DNA of 64,000 nt. Source: Lepidodermella squamata (taxonomy: Eukaryota; Animalia; Gastrotricha). The stretch covers positions 1,302,001 through 1,366,000 of the forward strand of contig JBLDXI010000007.1 of assembly GCA_047495785.1 (NCBI GenBank), in the 5' to 3' direction. This document shows, piece by piece, positions 11,625 through 24,610 of this stretch (position 1 is the first letter of the stretch; each line of letters starts with the position of its first letter). The notes under the pieces are model-generated. The model worked only from the letters and a program-made list of their open reading frames with translations. It was not told where the DNA came from and did no database searches. Position numbers and translations under genes: made by a program.

Positions 11625-12558
11625 GGCTGTACGGCTTTTCAGCAGTGACATTTCAGCAGTGATTTGTGATAATTTTTCCTAAATTCTCCGTGACATTTGC
11701 GCAGTGACATTTCAGCGGAGACATTTCATCAACAGAATTTCAGCCGTATTCAGCAGGAGGGCTATGCGCTGCATTGAAGTTGAGCTCAAAAAGTGCAAGT
11801 TCAATGCCCGAGATAAATGAATACAAATTGATGAAGTGTCACCGCTCACTTGTCTGCAGGAATTATTTAAATTAATACAAATATTTGATTTTTATTGATT
11901 TTTTGCTGACAAGGTGTCACTAATGAAAAGTCACTGCTGATTTGACCCTCATTTGTTGAAGTGTCACTGCTGAAAAGTCTGACCACGAGCGATAACAATA
12001 AGAAAACACCCAAAGAATCCAGAGTTTTTTCCAACTCAACTTGACCTATATGACCGGACCAGGATTTCCTCGTAAAACCCACCCCATACCGGCCGGTAAA
12101 AACCGGAAATACCTCTTTTTACCTTTTTTGAATCGTGGTCAGACTTTTCAGCAGTGCCACTTCAGCAAATGAGGGTCAAATCAGCAGTGACTTTTCATCA
12201 GTGACAAATGAGCAAGTGACATTTCGTCAATTTTTATTTATTAATCTTGGGCATTGACCTTGCAATTTTTGAGCTCGACTTCAATGTAGCGCATAGTCCC
12301 CCTGCTTAGGGTGGCTAAAATTCTCCTGATAAAATGTCTCCGCTGAAATGTCACTGCGCAAATGTCATTGAGATAAAAATAATAAATTTGAAAAAATATA
12401 GGAAAAATTAACAAAAATCGCTGCTGACTTGTCACTGATGATTTGTCACTGCGCAAATGTCGCAGCTCAAATGTCACTGCTCATTTGTCACTGATGAAAA
12501 GTCACTGCTCATTTGACCCTCATTTGCTGAATTGTCACTGCTAAAAAGTCGTACAACC
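11625..12558. mobile_element. Foldback/MITE-like palindrome: two inverted arms (11625-11988, 12133-12558) built from CAGCAGTGAC subrepeats
   Basis: Outer ends ggctgtacggcttttcagcagtgac / gtcactgctaaaaagtcgtacaacc; inner ends ...aaaagtctgaccacga / tcgtggtcagactttt...; internal segment gggctatgcgctgcattgaagttgagctc recurs as its reverse complement. Confidence 0.75.
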
Positions 12559-13412
12559 TTTTGAATAACTGCATATAATACACAAGAATAAAAATGAATA
12601 TTAGTGCGAATAATTTATATTCCTACAAAGCTGCTTCTCCGTGCTCCCGGTGCCATTGTCAATGCAAGCGGCATTTTTATTACACGGAACTCTTTCGCTT
12701 TGTAGTACGATTTCCTGGTAAACCGCGGTCATTTTTCTCTAACCGGACCTGGCCCATATCGGTAACCTGTTATTCTACCGGCCGGTTTGCACAACATGTT
12801 TCCTCTCTGGAGTAATCTGGAATGTCGCCTAATTCACTAATATTTCCAGGCTAAAAAAGAAGATGTTCAGGTCAAGAAATTTGAACGGAAAAAATTCCCC
12901 AGGTTCTGGTATTTTAAAGAACAATACCTACCTGACCGAGGCTCTTCAAATTCATCTTCTACCGAAGAATTCAAACCTTTCGTAAATAATTTGCCGTTTA
13001 CGTGGAATTAGCTCTTTCTTCTTAGAATCGCGTCTTCACCTTCTCTTCCTATCTTACCTCGATCATTAACTAGGCCAGATAATTAAAGGTATGAAAAGGC
13101 ATATTATTTTTTCTGTCACAAAAATAAGTCCTAATCCACAGAGAAAAAAATGAGATGTTTCTCTATGGCTGCATAATATTTTGAATATTCATGAGCTAAA
13201 AGGTGAACACGTCTTTTTGTCAGCCGGCGTGCCTGAGAGAGGCGTCCTATCTACGTCACACGGTTTAATCTTCCTTACAGTGAAAGTCAGTTGTTTCCAG
13301 CTAATTGAGTCGCGGCATTGATAAGAAACTTTCGCAAGCTTTGTGGCAACATAGCTGTTCCGTTAGAATAATCAAATAAAATTATTTCACGAATATTGAT
13401 AGCTCTCATCTG

Positions 13413-14048
13413 ATGTCTGCAACGAATTCAGCGCAAGCTAATCGCTACGGTTCAACGAACTTTCTTTATCAATCACACACCGATCAGCGAAAACAAATAT
13501 ACTTGAAATGGCGGGAAGAAATGGAAGAGACGGCTGATAAATGGGAAAAAAAATCTAATTCCAAGGATGGCCATGTCCGCAGGCTAAAACTCGCCATCTA
13601 TATTCTAACTGGCTTTTTGGTGGCAAATGAAATAGGAGCTGTTGCGTTGTCTGGAATTCTATTACAGGATGTAGAGGATGGCCACGAGATGTTGGAGATT
13701 TTGAACTTTGTTTTCGACATTGTTTCACTTTTCCACTGTGTTCTTATTCCGTTTGTCTATTTTATGATGACGCTTTCGCAAATGGAATGTGACCATTTCG
13801 CTAACTGTGTTCACATTGCTAGAGGATATCAGTACGAAATAGAAAAACGGTGGAGAGAGCAGCTAACAAATACTGAGGAACATTTCGCGGAAATTACTCA
13901 ATTGTACAAGGAATATACTATAGACATCATCAGCGCTGCCAAGAAGAATGAGAGAAGCATCCCATTAAGATTTATTCGCCACAATCGTAACCAACTCATT
14001 CAAAATCGGGATGATGAAGTTCACATTATTGATGGAGAAGGTATGTAA
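13413..14048 (+). CDS. Intronless 211-aa two-TM protein, SLATT-like
   Basis: Open 211 codons; N-terminal helix, two hydrophobic segments (LAIYILTGFLV.., ILNFVFDIVSLFHCVLIPFVYF), helical C-terminus ending in SIPLRFI. Family assignment is inference. Confidence 0.55.
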   Translation: MSATNSAQANRYGSTNFLYQSHTDQRKQIYLKWREEMEETADKWEKKSNSKDGHVRRLKLAIYILTGFLVANEIGAVALSGILLQDVEDGHEMLEILNFVFDIVSLFHCVLIPFVYFMMTLSQMECDHFANCVHIARGYQYEIEKRWREQLTNTEEHFAEITQLYKEYTIDIISAAKKNERSIPLRFIRHNRNQLIQNRDDEVHIIDGEGM

Positions 14049-14431
14049 TTCGATTAGTTGTAACTATTCCACAAGAAAATGACAATCATGAGGAGTTATT
14101 TATTTTATTCAATGTGTGTGTCTGTTAAAGATTATATGATTATAATTTATTAAAATGAAGATAAACGTTGCCGCCATGCTGTTTTACATGCTTGCCGACG
14201 TCGTATAGGGTATGTGGAAATAGGATTACCCTTACCCTATGGCTTTCCTTGGAAAAATACTATTTCCCCCTCTCATCGATTCATTTGGCTGCGCCAAACG
14301 AGCTCGGGGTTCCAGATCGGGGAAAGGGGGATTATAGGATTTCTCTATGGCTAACCAAAGAGTATTCCCTTAATGTCAATATGGATACGACAGAATTACC
14401 CGAGATTTTGCGAGGGTCCTGTTAATAAATA

Positions 14432-14704
14432 CCGTACTGCCCGAAATGTAGGGCTTGTCCCCTTTGTTTTTTTCAAAACAAGTCGAAACCCCGTCTTATA
14501 TTTGAGACCGCCTTTTTTTGAGGCGTGACCTCTATCATTTCGAACCCTCTTCAAATTATCACATTTCGCAAATCATGTTACACGCGTGGGCGACCTGACC
14601 ATTATTTGAGGCCTGACCTTTGTTATTTCGAATGACCCTTGGACCGCGTCTTATATTTGAGGCCGACTTTTATACGAGGCTGACTAACTTTTCGGGCAGT
14701 ATGG
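14432..14704. mobile_element. Tc1/mariner-pogo-type MITE
   Basis: TA|ccgtactgcccgaaa ... tttcgggcagtatgg|TA; internal ttatatttgagg repeats; partial second copy at ~23324-23411. Confidence 0.75.
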
Positions 14705-14988
14705 TATATTGCTCAACAACTTCGTTCAAAACATCTGAACCCACGTGAGTGACTGGATTGAACAGCGATTTTCCAATATTACATCGATTCGAACATGATG
14801 CCATCATTTCGATATAGAAGTGCGTCATGGTTTTAATTAAATCCTCTATAAAATCAGCTTTGAAAGGTTCCACAAGATCACTCTTAGTTTCATTCGAACA
14901 TTAAAGATCTCACCGATACATTGTGAGCGATCTAGTTGTTTCATTGTGATTTTCAATAATTTTAATTGCTTTCAGGTTCTGCCGAAAC

Positions 14989-15372
14989 ATGCAAGCCTTA
15001 GCATTGATTCTGCTCGTCGCCTTACCTGCCGTCTTCACACGCGACCTCAGTGAAGCCTACGATCAGGTTTCGTCAGGGTCTGTATCAGAACAATCGGTCC
15101 AAAACAGTCAATCTGCTGGTGGCTCCCGTGATCTGGACGAATCAACAAAAGACCGGCTGATGAAAGGGCTCGAAGAAACAAGTGATCGAAGCCTTGTGTG
15201 GACGCCATTCGGCGCTACCGAACGGCCCAACTTCCACTGCACCTACCTGAACAACATGCCTGGAACTAGCGTCTGCTGCACGTTCACCTCGCTGTACCTT
15301 GTTCAATGCTACACGCCATCGAATTTCGTCCTACCTTGGTCTCCAGCTGCTGGCGTCGCTTTCGGCAAATAA
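14989..15372 (+). CDS. Small secreted prepropeptide, Cys pattern C-CC-C, C-terminal amidation signal (FGK)
   Basis: Signal peptide MQALALILLVALPAVFT, acidic/Ser-rich pro-region ending at DR, Cys-containing mature part; tttcag acceptor just upstream of the ATG. Confidence 0.7.
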   Translation: MQALALILLVALPAVFTRDLSEAYDQVSSGSVSEQSVQNSQSAGGSRDLDESTKDRLMKGLEETSDRSLVWTPFGATERPNFHCTYLNNMPGTSVCCTFTSLYLVQCYTPSNFVLPWSPAAGVAFGK

Positions 15373-16410
15373 AAGCGATGAAAAATCGGAATTTAAAACA
15401 AAACAGCCGTCTCACACTTGTTCTTTCATCCTCGTGCTTGTTCTATCCATTTTTATACATAATTTCAGTGCATAATGACCAGTTTGTAGCTCAAGGAGAA
15501 TAAAAATAATCAAGTCAATGACCTCCAAGAACCAATTATTTATTCAACTTCGAGAATAGCGTGATAAAAAGAAGACCATTTATAAGTGTCACAGGCTTCC
15601 GAAACGCCACTGTAAGTGTCATCCTTGAATCGAAGAAACTATAAACGAACTAACATTATTGAACCAAGAAAACACGCCGATATCTTCAGCAATTAATTTC
15701 GAAATTTGCAAGGGATAAATCAGTTGGCGTTCAAGCCTCTGAACAACGTTTGAAATTTTGAAATTCGTCATGCCGAATCGAGATTTGGCGAAATTTGACC
15801 TCAATTATGATAAGTGACGCACACAAAAAAGTCAGTCACGTGTCTCATAAATTGTGCGCGATTTATTTTATAATTTTTTTTCCAAACTACCTTCCTCCGT
15901 TAACGATCATCAATTTAAAAATAAATCTACGAGGAAAATCCGCGATTTCACTCATGAATTACGGTAATTTTCGGTAATTTTTGCAATTTTATCCTGGTGC
16001 GCTCCAGAATTTCTCCGGATTTTTTCATTCCGTTTAGTTTTATAATTAATAGTTAATATCAATACATCAATAATTTATCCTGGCCTTGAAATAGGACATT
16101 CCTAATTTGTTATCCTTTTTCTACGAATTTCCTTGGATTTATTAGACATTTATTTATATATTTTAGTGAATTCGTTACTATTCAGCCGAATGATATAGGT
16201 AAAATTGCTAGAAATTATTGATGATGCGAATTTCAAATTAAGAGCTGAAGACAACTTGTTCATTGTTCATTTAGACCACAGAAAAAATAATTCAAATTTC
16301 AGCCTAAATATAATAGTGCGATTTTTCAATTTTAATTGTTTTATAAAACACAAGCTGGATCATTGATTGATCCGAAAATATATCTGGGTGAATTTAAGAG
16401 TTTTGATTAA

Positions 16411-19400
16411 TTAATTTTTCGTTGAAGTTTGAGATGTCGCATCGGCCGGAGCGCGTTCTAGCAGCGCGATAATTTCAACGCGCTTTTTGCGGTTCTCATT
16501 ATTGACCGCCGCATTCTCAGCCATGCGAATCGACGGCCGTTGCGCCAACACGTCACTATTCACAGACAACACACTGCTATTCGGAATATCAATCGCATCG
16601 CCTGTTATCGTAGCCGCATCCGCAGGGTCCATATCGCCTACCAACTCATCGTCCTCGGCCAACAAATTTTTCGCAAGATCCAACGGCGTTATGCCTCGCC
16701 ACTCCTTCGCCATCGTATTCGCGCCATTAGCGATCAAACTTTCAACACTGGCTGGTCTATTGAAATCAACAGCTCGATGAAGCGGAGTTTCCTTGTCGTT
16801 ATCAGTCGCGTTGACCTTCGCGCCCAGCTTAATTAGGAGTTCAATAATATTTCGATCGCCGCTTTCGGCAGCTGCGTGAAGTGGCGTGAGGCCATACGCA
16901 GCCTTTTCATTGACATTTGCCCCATTTTCGACTAGCAATTTGATAATTGCCTCGTGTCGGAACCAGCAAGCGTCGAACAGCGGTGTCGCCTCGGCCTCGT
17001 CGTCTCGTAATTTCAGAATTTGCTTCCCGCCCCGCTCGATGAAGATTCGAGCCACCTCGGTTTGGCCGGCTTCGCATGCCCAGTGAAGCGGGGTTCGGCC
17101 GGATTTTGTTCGGGCTTCCATATCGGCGCCTGATTCGATGAGAAGTTCGACGAGGTGCTTGCTGCCAAGCCCGGCGGCGACGTGAAGCAAAGAACATTCA
17201 CGGTTGTCGTCAACACTCGTTACTTTGACATTAGCGCCTCGTTCTAGGAGCAGCCGACACGCTTCGACTTGGGCCTGAATAATAGGAAAATATTAAAAAA
17301 TAAATCATTGAAATTGCATAAATCAAGGAAATGCAGCTGAGGATTATTATCATGCTTTTATCAAGGTTTGAAAGCTAGAACAGGACTAATTGAATACCTT
17401 CAAGCTTGCCCAGAAAAGTGGCGTTCGTCCATTGATGTCAGGTGCTTCGATACTGGAAGAAAATAAAATAATCAAAAATCGAAATTTAATTAACCGTGGA
17501 CAGAAAGAAAATAAGGAGTTAAGATTGTCCTTTCGAGCCAAGATTGAGTATTCCTTCAAATTGCGAAGAAGGAATCTCCTTCCGATTTTCATCAAGCTTG
17601 CGGCTATTCTCAACATCAGGTTCGATAGTTTTTCACTGAATTTTCAAGTAAATATAGCGGGAGCCAAAATATATTTTTCCATTTTCTGCCGAATTCTCAC
17701 CCTAAATCTGAGGGTCCAGCATTAGACTTTCCCAGCACAACATTTTCCAAGTTTATAGCACTAAAAATCTACTTTTGTTTGTTCGCTGTTAACCAATAAA
17801 CTCCTATTTGGCATTTTTTGCGCTATCGGCGTCCAGTTTGTGAGTTATACTTCAGCCTGCAGAGCCGATATCGATTTCAAGTATCGATTTTACAAATCAG
17901 TGATTTTGCCAATATCAGCAGTCTTGGAAACAATTTTTTATTTGCCTGAAGGTTCCAGATAGTTCAATAAAAATTCCAGGGTCATCGGCTTTATCAATCA
18001 AGCAATAAAAAACTTGAAATCGCTAGAAATCGGGAAATTCAGGACTAAAGTAATTAAATTTAGTGCTGGAACCTTGGAACCTCTTGCAACCTTTAGTATA
18101 TAGATCCCCCTATTTTGAGCTCTGACTAATGCTATGAAATGCAAACATGTTCTCATGTTCTAAATATTTTAATTGTTCAATAATGATATTAAATCGGGAT
18201 TAAGCTTGGCCAAAAAGTCATGATCCGGCCTTATACTGAAAATCAAGCAGAATTTTATGGTAATTTTGTATTTGGATTTTTTCAGAATCAATCATTAAAT
18301 TCCCAAATTGTTTGAAAATGCATTCATGGCGAACAAATTATTTAAAATTTGCTTCAAAGTGAAACAGGCATATTAGCATAATAAAATTTGGATTCACAGG
18401 ATCTATGACTTGAAAGGATGGCTAATTGAATGATAGCAGGAAAGTAAAATTTAGCGCTGAATTTCCAAGTTTCATAAATGTTTCCATCAAACCCCAATTT
18501 TCTATGTTGTAAACAGACCTAAATTTATCTGAATTATTTGTGAAACTTACTTTGCACCACGGTCCAGCAGCAGGCGTATCATGTTAAGGTGGCCCATCGA
18601 CGCCGCAATGTGAAGCGCCGTCTCGCCCCAAGCATCCATCGACTCGCGGTCCCGCTCCACCTTCGCATCAACAATCGCCCCGTGATCGAGCAACAACAAC
18701 GCCACCACATCATTATTATTCTCCGCCGCCCAATGCAGCGGCGTTTTCCCGCTTTTCGTCCTCGAATTAACATTAGCCCCAGATTGTATCAACAACTTGG
18801 CCACATCAACCCGGTCAAAAGCAGCGGCTCGGTGCAACGGCGTCGCGCCATTTCGGTCATCCTTCGCGTTCAACTCGGCGCCATTTTCAATCAAAATACG
18901 AGCCGCGTCAATATCGCCGTACTTTGCCGCGATATGCAACGGCGTTTGGCCCAATTTATTGCGGCCGTTGCAGTTGGCCTTGGCGACTTGAAGCAGGTAT
19001 CGAACTATGACAACGTGGCCCAGTGTAACAGCGGCTGTCAACGGCGTGCTCAATTCCTCATTCTCCGCGCCCTCAACACTCACCTCGACGTTAGCACCTC
19101 TTTCTACGAGTAGTTGTAACATGCCTAATTGACAACTATGACAGGCTCGGTATAACGGCGTTTCTTTCGATGACGACGTAGTCGCCTCTAAATTCGCCCC
19201 GCAGTCGATGAGGCAGGCGGCTAGATCGACCCGGCCTGATTCGGCAACTCGGTGAAGTGCCGTCATTTTTTGACCCGGTTCCGCCTCCGGTACCAACTCG
19301 GAACCTATTGCCTCCTCAAGATCGACCCCCTGCGATTTTAAAACCTCGCGTAATCTGGCGAGATCCCCATTTTCTAGGGCTTTAGCTAAATCCCCAGGCT

Positions 19401-22262
19401 GGTATTTCGGGATGACAGGTTTAGGTGGAGCTGGCGGGTTGATTTTACTCGCGACTGGTTTTCCAATAGGGGCTTTGGCCTGGCCGTTCAGGGGTTTCGC
19501 AGCTGGCGCCGGGGCCGCTTTACCAGGCGGTGGTCGCGCCCCAGGTTTCGCCCCGGCTGTTTTCGGGGGTGGGCCTGGCTTAGCTGGGCCCGAGGCGGCT
19601 GGTGGTGGTGGGGCTGGTTCCGGCTCGGGAGGGGTTGGTAGATTCGACTGCTCGCTATCGATTTCGAAAATCGGCTTTTCGATCGCGATTGAAAATTTGT
19701 TCGAATAGCTACTCGATGGCCTGTTCAGCGATCTGCTATCCTCAGCCTCGATAGATAAGGACGGGGTTGATCTTCCAGCAGAACCGGCATCTTCTTCGCG
19801 CCTAATTTTCTGGAAAGAGGAAAAAACGAAATTAAGATCGAGATTAAGAAGGAAAATTAAATTAAATTCTAAAATTATAGAAAGGTTAGACTTTCAAAGA
19901 GGGCTGATCTTTTCCCCCATCGAACCTCGCGCAGGAATTTAGAAAATAATTTGAAACGATATACAGCGAGTCCCAGAAGTTGCGTAACAATTTTTAATTT
20001 GACAACTTTCTTTAGGAAATTTACCTAATGTTTTAAAAATTAAACCTAGCACAAGAATATTATGTATTTAATCTTTTATCCGACATCTGAACGAAGAAAA
20101 TAAAAACTTTACCGGAGAAAACCCGGAAAATCCCGATGGTAACTGGTTCGGTAATTTTCGGTATTTTACCCGGAAGGACCAAATTTCCCCGGACTTTTCA
20201 CTCCAATTGACAAATGACATAAGGATATATTTTCGTGATTTTTTCAATTCTTCTAAACATTTTTCGCCATGAGAAGGGTCTTCGTCTATCAATTTAGAGT
20301 TTCTGAACCCTTTTCCGAGTATTTTCTTTGCTAGCGTTATTAATGGGACACGCTGTAAATATTTGAGCAGAATTGTAATAAAATCACGGTTATGCTTGGA
20401 TGAGAAAATATTCTTCAAATCACTCGTTAGAGATTCAAAAGTTTTGGAAATTTTAGGAAAAAATATAAGAAGAAAAATACAGCCTTTCGATAGACAGTTC
20501 TGAATTTCATAGCTCACCATTAACAAGACCATTAGTCTAACTTTTTTCCTGTTCCGCTAAAATTTAGCGATATTTATCAATCGGTCGGGGGGAAATTAGG
20601 ACTCACCTTTCCTTTGTCAATGCTCATCGCTTTCGGTCGTTGTATCACGGCGATTTTCAAGGCTAGCATAGGGTGCTCGCTCAACTGAAGCGCGGTTGGT
20701 CTATCCCCAGGATTTTTACTCAGCATCATCCTAACCAGGTTTCGTAAGTCCTCGCTATAGGAATTTTCGTTGATAGGCGTTGGGTCGCCGTTTGTGATCA
20801 AGTCTCCGATATTTCCGAAGCATAATTCAATATCGCCGAATGCGAACTCCATTCTGGTGCATAAATGATGGATTAGACACCCTAGCGCCCAGATGTCGCT
20901 TTCAGACGAAAATTGGCCGGTTGGGACAGGTAAGGGCTGCATTGATTCCGCCTTGGGCTCAGCCCCAGCCGATGCTTCAGCTGAATCTGGGTTGGTCTCT
21001 TCGTTAATATCTGGCAGTGTTGTTGGGGCTCGAACTGCGATTGATCGCCACAGTTCCGGGGCCATGTAGATTGAACTGGGCGATATCGGGCTGGGTGGCA
21101 GCATGGTTCTAGCCGAGCAAAGGCCGATGCTCCCAAGGCGAACAGACAGGGTGTTATCACTAACCTGACCAATAAATAAGGTATATACATTTTTTGCACA
21201 CTAAAATTGAGGTTCCAGCAATAAATAAATTATTAAAATTCAGTGTCTAGATTTTTCCTGTTTACTGCAAATTCAATTTTTTTCTTGATTGATAACAATG
21301 CCCCCAGATTTTTAATTTAGCTACCTGGTAAAATGAGAAAAAAATAAAATTCAGCATCCAATACTGCTGATATCGAAAAAATCACTGATTTTTAAAATCG
21401 ATACTTGAAATCGATATCGGCTCTGAACGCTGAAGTAAAACTGGTAAAATTATCGCAAATAGCGGAAATTACACGTAATAGTGAGATTTATTGGTTGGGC
21501 AAGATTATAAAAGAATAAGATTCTGAAAAACATGAAAAATATCAAAAATCATATATCGAAAAAATCAAGGAGTGGAGCTTCAAATTTATTGCTGGAACCT
21601 TAAATTCAGGATGTCCACTACTTGGCATATCCCAATAATCAAATAATTATGATTTTAATTTAAATATGATACCTCTAAATTTCTCCCGCCGCCTGAAGTG
21701 TGGCGAACTAGGACATTTTCGACGCAAAGTTCGCCGTGGTAAAGAGCTCGCTCGTGATGAATATATTTCAAAGCTAGAACGAGCTGGCCGAAAATATCGA
21801 GAACTTTCTCCTCGCTCAGCTGCTCTTTAGCTGGAAGATCTTTCAACGTCCCGCCATCGCAATAATCCTCCACCACACAAATTCGACCATCATCTAATAA
21901 AATAACCAGTAAATTACTGAAAAATAAAAAAATTACCGTGACTCACCTTCAAAAGCATCGAGAACTTTAACGCACTGGGGATGCTTGATCGTTCGAACAA
22001 TATCGATCTGAAAATTATTTTTTAATGAATTTTTGAGACGGAAAATTTGTCAACTTACAAAAGCCTGCCGTTCTTGTTCACCAACTCCGCTGGAATTGAC
22101 GCCTTTAAGGACAACAAGCCGTTTGTTCCGAGTTTGTTTATTCCGCACCAAAGATCGACGTTCGTCCAAGGCCTGGGGTTCGGATAAAATGAAATGACCC
22201 AATTATATTTAATTTAATAAAAAAAAGCCCACCTTAACGAGCTCAAATCTGTCGATTGTCAT
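16411..22262 (-). CDS. NEK-like pseudokinase + Pro-rich linker + multiple ankyrin repeats (8 exons)
   Basis: Exons ~22262-22233, 22172-22059, ~22007-21947, ~21893-21673, ~21164-20607, 19810-18551, ~17452-17398, ~17274-16411 splice in frame; kinase motifs VVLK, IKHPQCV, EDYCDGG, YMAPE, SDIWALG, RPTA; ankyrin TPLH repeats in ORFs 18547..19296 and 16411..17190. Confidence 0.8.
17711..18074. mobile_element. Intronic MITE, copy 1
   Basis: Ends agggtccagca / tgctggaacct; core gagccgatatcgatttcaagtatcgatttt matches the reverse complement of 21210-21600. Confidence 0.6.
19964..20355. mobile_element. Tc1/mariner-type MITE in intron
   Basis: TA|cagcgagtccca ... tgggacacgctg|TA. Confidence 0.6.
21210..21600. 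mobile_element. Intronic MITE, copy 2 (inverted relative to copy 1)
   Basis: TIRs aggttccagcaataaat / atttattgctggaacct. Confidence 0.65.
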
Positions 22263-23323
22263 CTTGATGCGTTTACGCCTATTATATCCACGCAAAATAT
22301 AACATTTTGTCGGTGAATTAACGCGGTAGGATAACAAGCTGCGCCTAATAGTCGGCGGCATTATTTGTTCGAAAGTATTAGGAATAAAAAAGTGAAAAAG
22401 GTGAGGAAACATTTTTTTCAGCGGCGAAATTTTATCAATATTGGGCACCCTGCTGTGATGAAAGAAAAATGTGAAATTTTCAAGGACGTAATTTATGGTG
22501 CGTTAGTATGCCGCTGCTGACCAACCGCCTTATGCCCTAATTGCGGAATGGACTTGCGAATTTCGCGATGATATAAGTGCATGAGAAAAATCGTCATTAT
22601 ATAGGAAATCAATCGCTCACGATGTTGCGTTGGCTTGAAGCGAAATAAGGCGTGCGTGATGTGAATTATTGATGCCTTGCGCTAGGCCACCCGCGCCGTA
22701 ACCAAGGACGCGAGTCTCTTAGCAAAAAGAATAGCGTGTCTTACTCGGCCTGCTGGCCTAATTGCCTGTTTATCATGTGACTTTTGATAGAAGTTCAACG
22801 ATAATAATATGCGATTCTAGGGGTATATCTATAGGGAATAAATGTCCGATAATCGAAAGAAATCACCTTAGTCCAGGCACGCAATCACGTGTACAATTCA
22901 ATATAGGTTTCCTTGGCGTTGTTTACCGCAAATATCAATTCCTGAGAGATTATAGCTGCTGCCACATAATAATTTCTCTTCTAAATCGAACTGCTCTTTA
23001 CGTGGGCATTTATCGCCACAGTTGACCGGAAAAAGACAAAATAAAATAAAAAATAGCGGGGCCGAATTGAGTGTTGTGACAGGCTACCTACCGCAGCTAC
23101 TGGGCAAAAGACATAAGACTCATCGCATCATCGCAGATGATAACCGGATGAAAATGTCCAATTAATCCTAGAATTCGTTATTAGGATCTTCAATACAATG
23201 TAGTATGACACTTGAAATACAAAATAAAACATAAGAAGGTCTAACCGAGTGAAATACCGAAAACCGAAAACTACCAAACCATTTATTATCGGGCTTTTCC
23301 GTTTCCCATTAATTAATTAAGGA

Positions 23324-23411
23324 CTGACCTTTATTATTTCGAATGACCCTTGGACCCCGTCTTATATTTGAGGCCGACTTTTATACGAGGCTGGCTAAAT
23401 TTTCGGGCAGT
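23324..23411. repeat. Partial copy of the 14432-14704 MITE
   Basis: Near-identical ctgaccttt..atttcgaatgacccttggacc..cgtcttatatttgaggccgacttttatacgaggctg..tttcgggcagt. Confidence 0.7.
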
Positions 23412-24610
23412 TTGAAGAAACAATATTGCAAAATAGAAGCTAGCCTAAAAGGTCCAGTCTCAGAATTTACATTTGGCCGTGGGCTTCAAGGTCATCATCA
23501 GAACCTTCTACGTCTTAATTAATGAATTTGTTTTATTTTGCGAATAATTTTTAATCGGAACCAGATCTGCATCTTGCGGAACCTAATTCTACATGAGCCA
23601 AAGGTCGCTTTTCGAATATTTCTACGAAATTCAGGCAATCCTCAGGAATGAGTCCTACACAGAATTTTACGCTTAGCTGAAAGATATTTCATTTTAAATT
23701 GTGCCGATCAATCATGACCTCTATGGAGTGCGTTTAGGCCAATTGAAAATTCCAAAATTTTTAATTGTTAATTACAGTGCCGTTCTGCCCGATTGTCGTC
23801 GGCTGAAATGCCTCTGCACTTGTGTTTATTTTTTGACCTGCTTCAATTTTGGCATTGCTGGCAATTATCACAGACAAATTTACATTTTTTTACCGTAATT
23901 TTCACGCTCCTCAACCTCAATTATTGTCACTTTCCATTTAGCCTTTAGTCTACCTGCATTTGTCTTAGCATTTATCGGTCATTCATTTATCTCTGATCTT
24001 ATAAGTGAACCTTCAGTTGCTTGAATTGAAAGAAATATAACTTCCGGATTTTGAACTAAGCTTTTATGGCTCATTTTTAGGTCAGATTTCTGTCTTTTTC
24101 CCAGTGCAGATGTGCACTTTGTTCCAACTTTTACTAATTACCTAGCGGAATACGAAATATGCAATGAGTCGGTATAATAGGGATTTCAGCTTCTGGATAA
24201 TATTGAAAGTTCTCGCTCATTTCCTGTGTGAATATTCATATTTTTTTCAGCGAGGACCGGCTTTCAGACTCAAAACCGCGAGACATCATGCTGAGCAAAA
24301 AAACCGCACACAGCAAAAAATGCGCGCGCGCACCTTAGGTACTGTGGCATATAAAAAACTCACGCCGTGCATTCTGCTTATCTGCTGCTGCAATAGTAAT
24401 AATAATAATAATACATCAATACCCAGTGCTATAATATGGGCAGTACGCCAAACGCGCGGCAGAGCACTCAGATATACGATCTATATATAAAATATACTAA
24501 AAACATTCTGCACTTAAAAATCATATAATATATTATACTATATAGGCCTCTCTCTGTATATTTTAGGCAGACGAGGCTTCTATTTTATTTTTGTATCACT
24601 ATATATCGCC

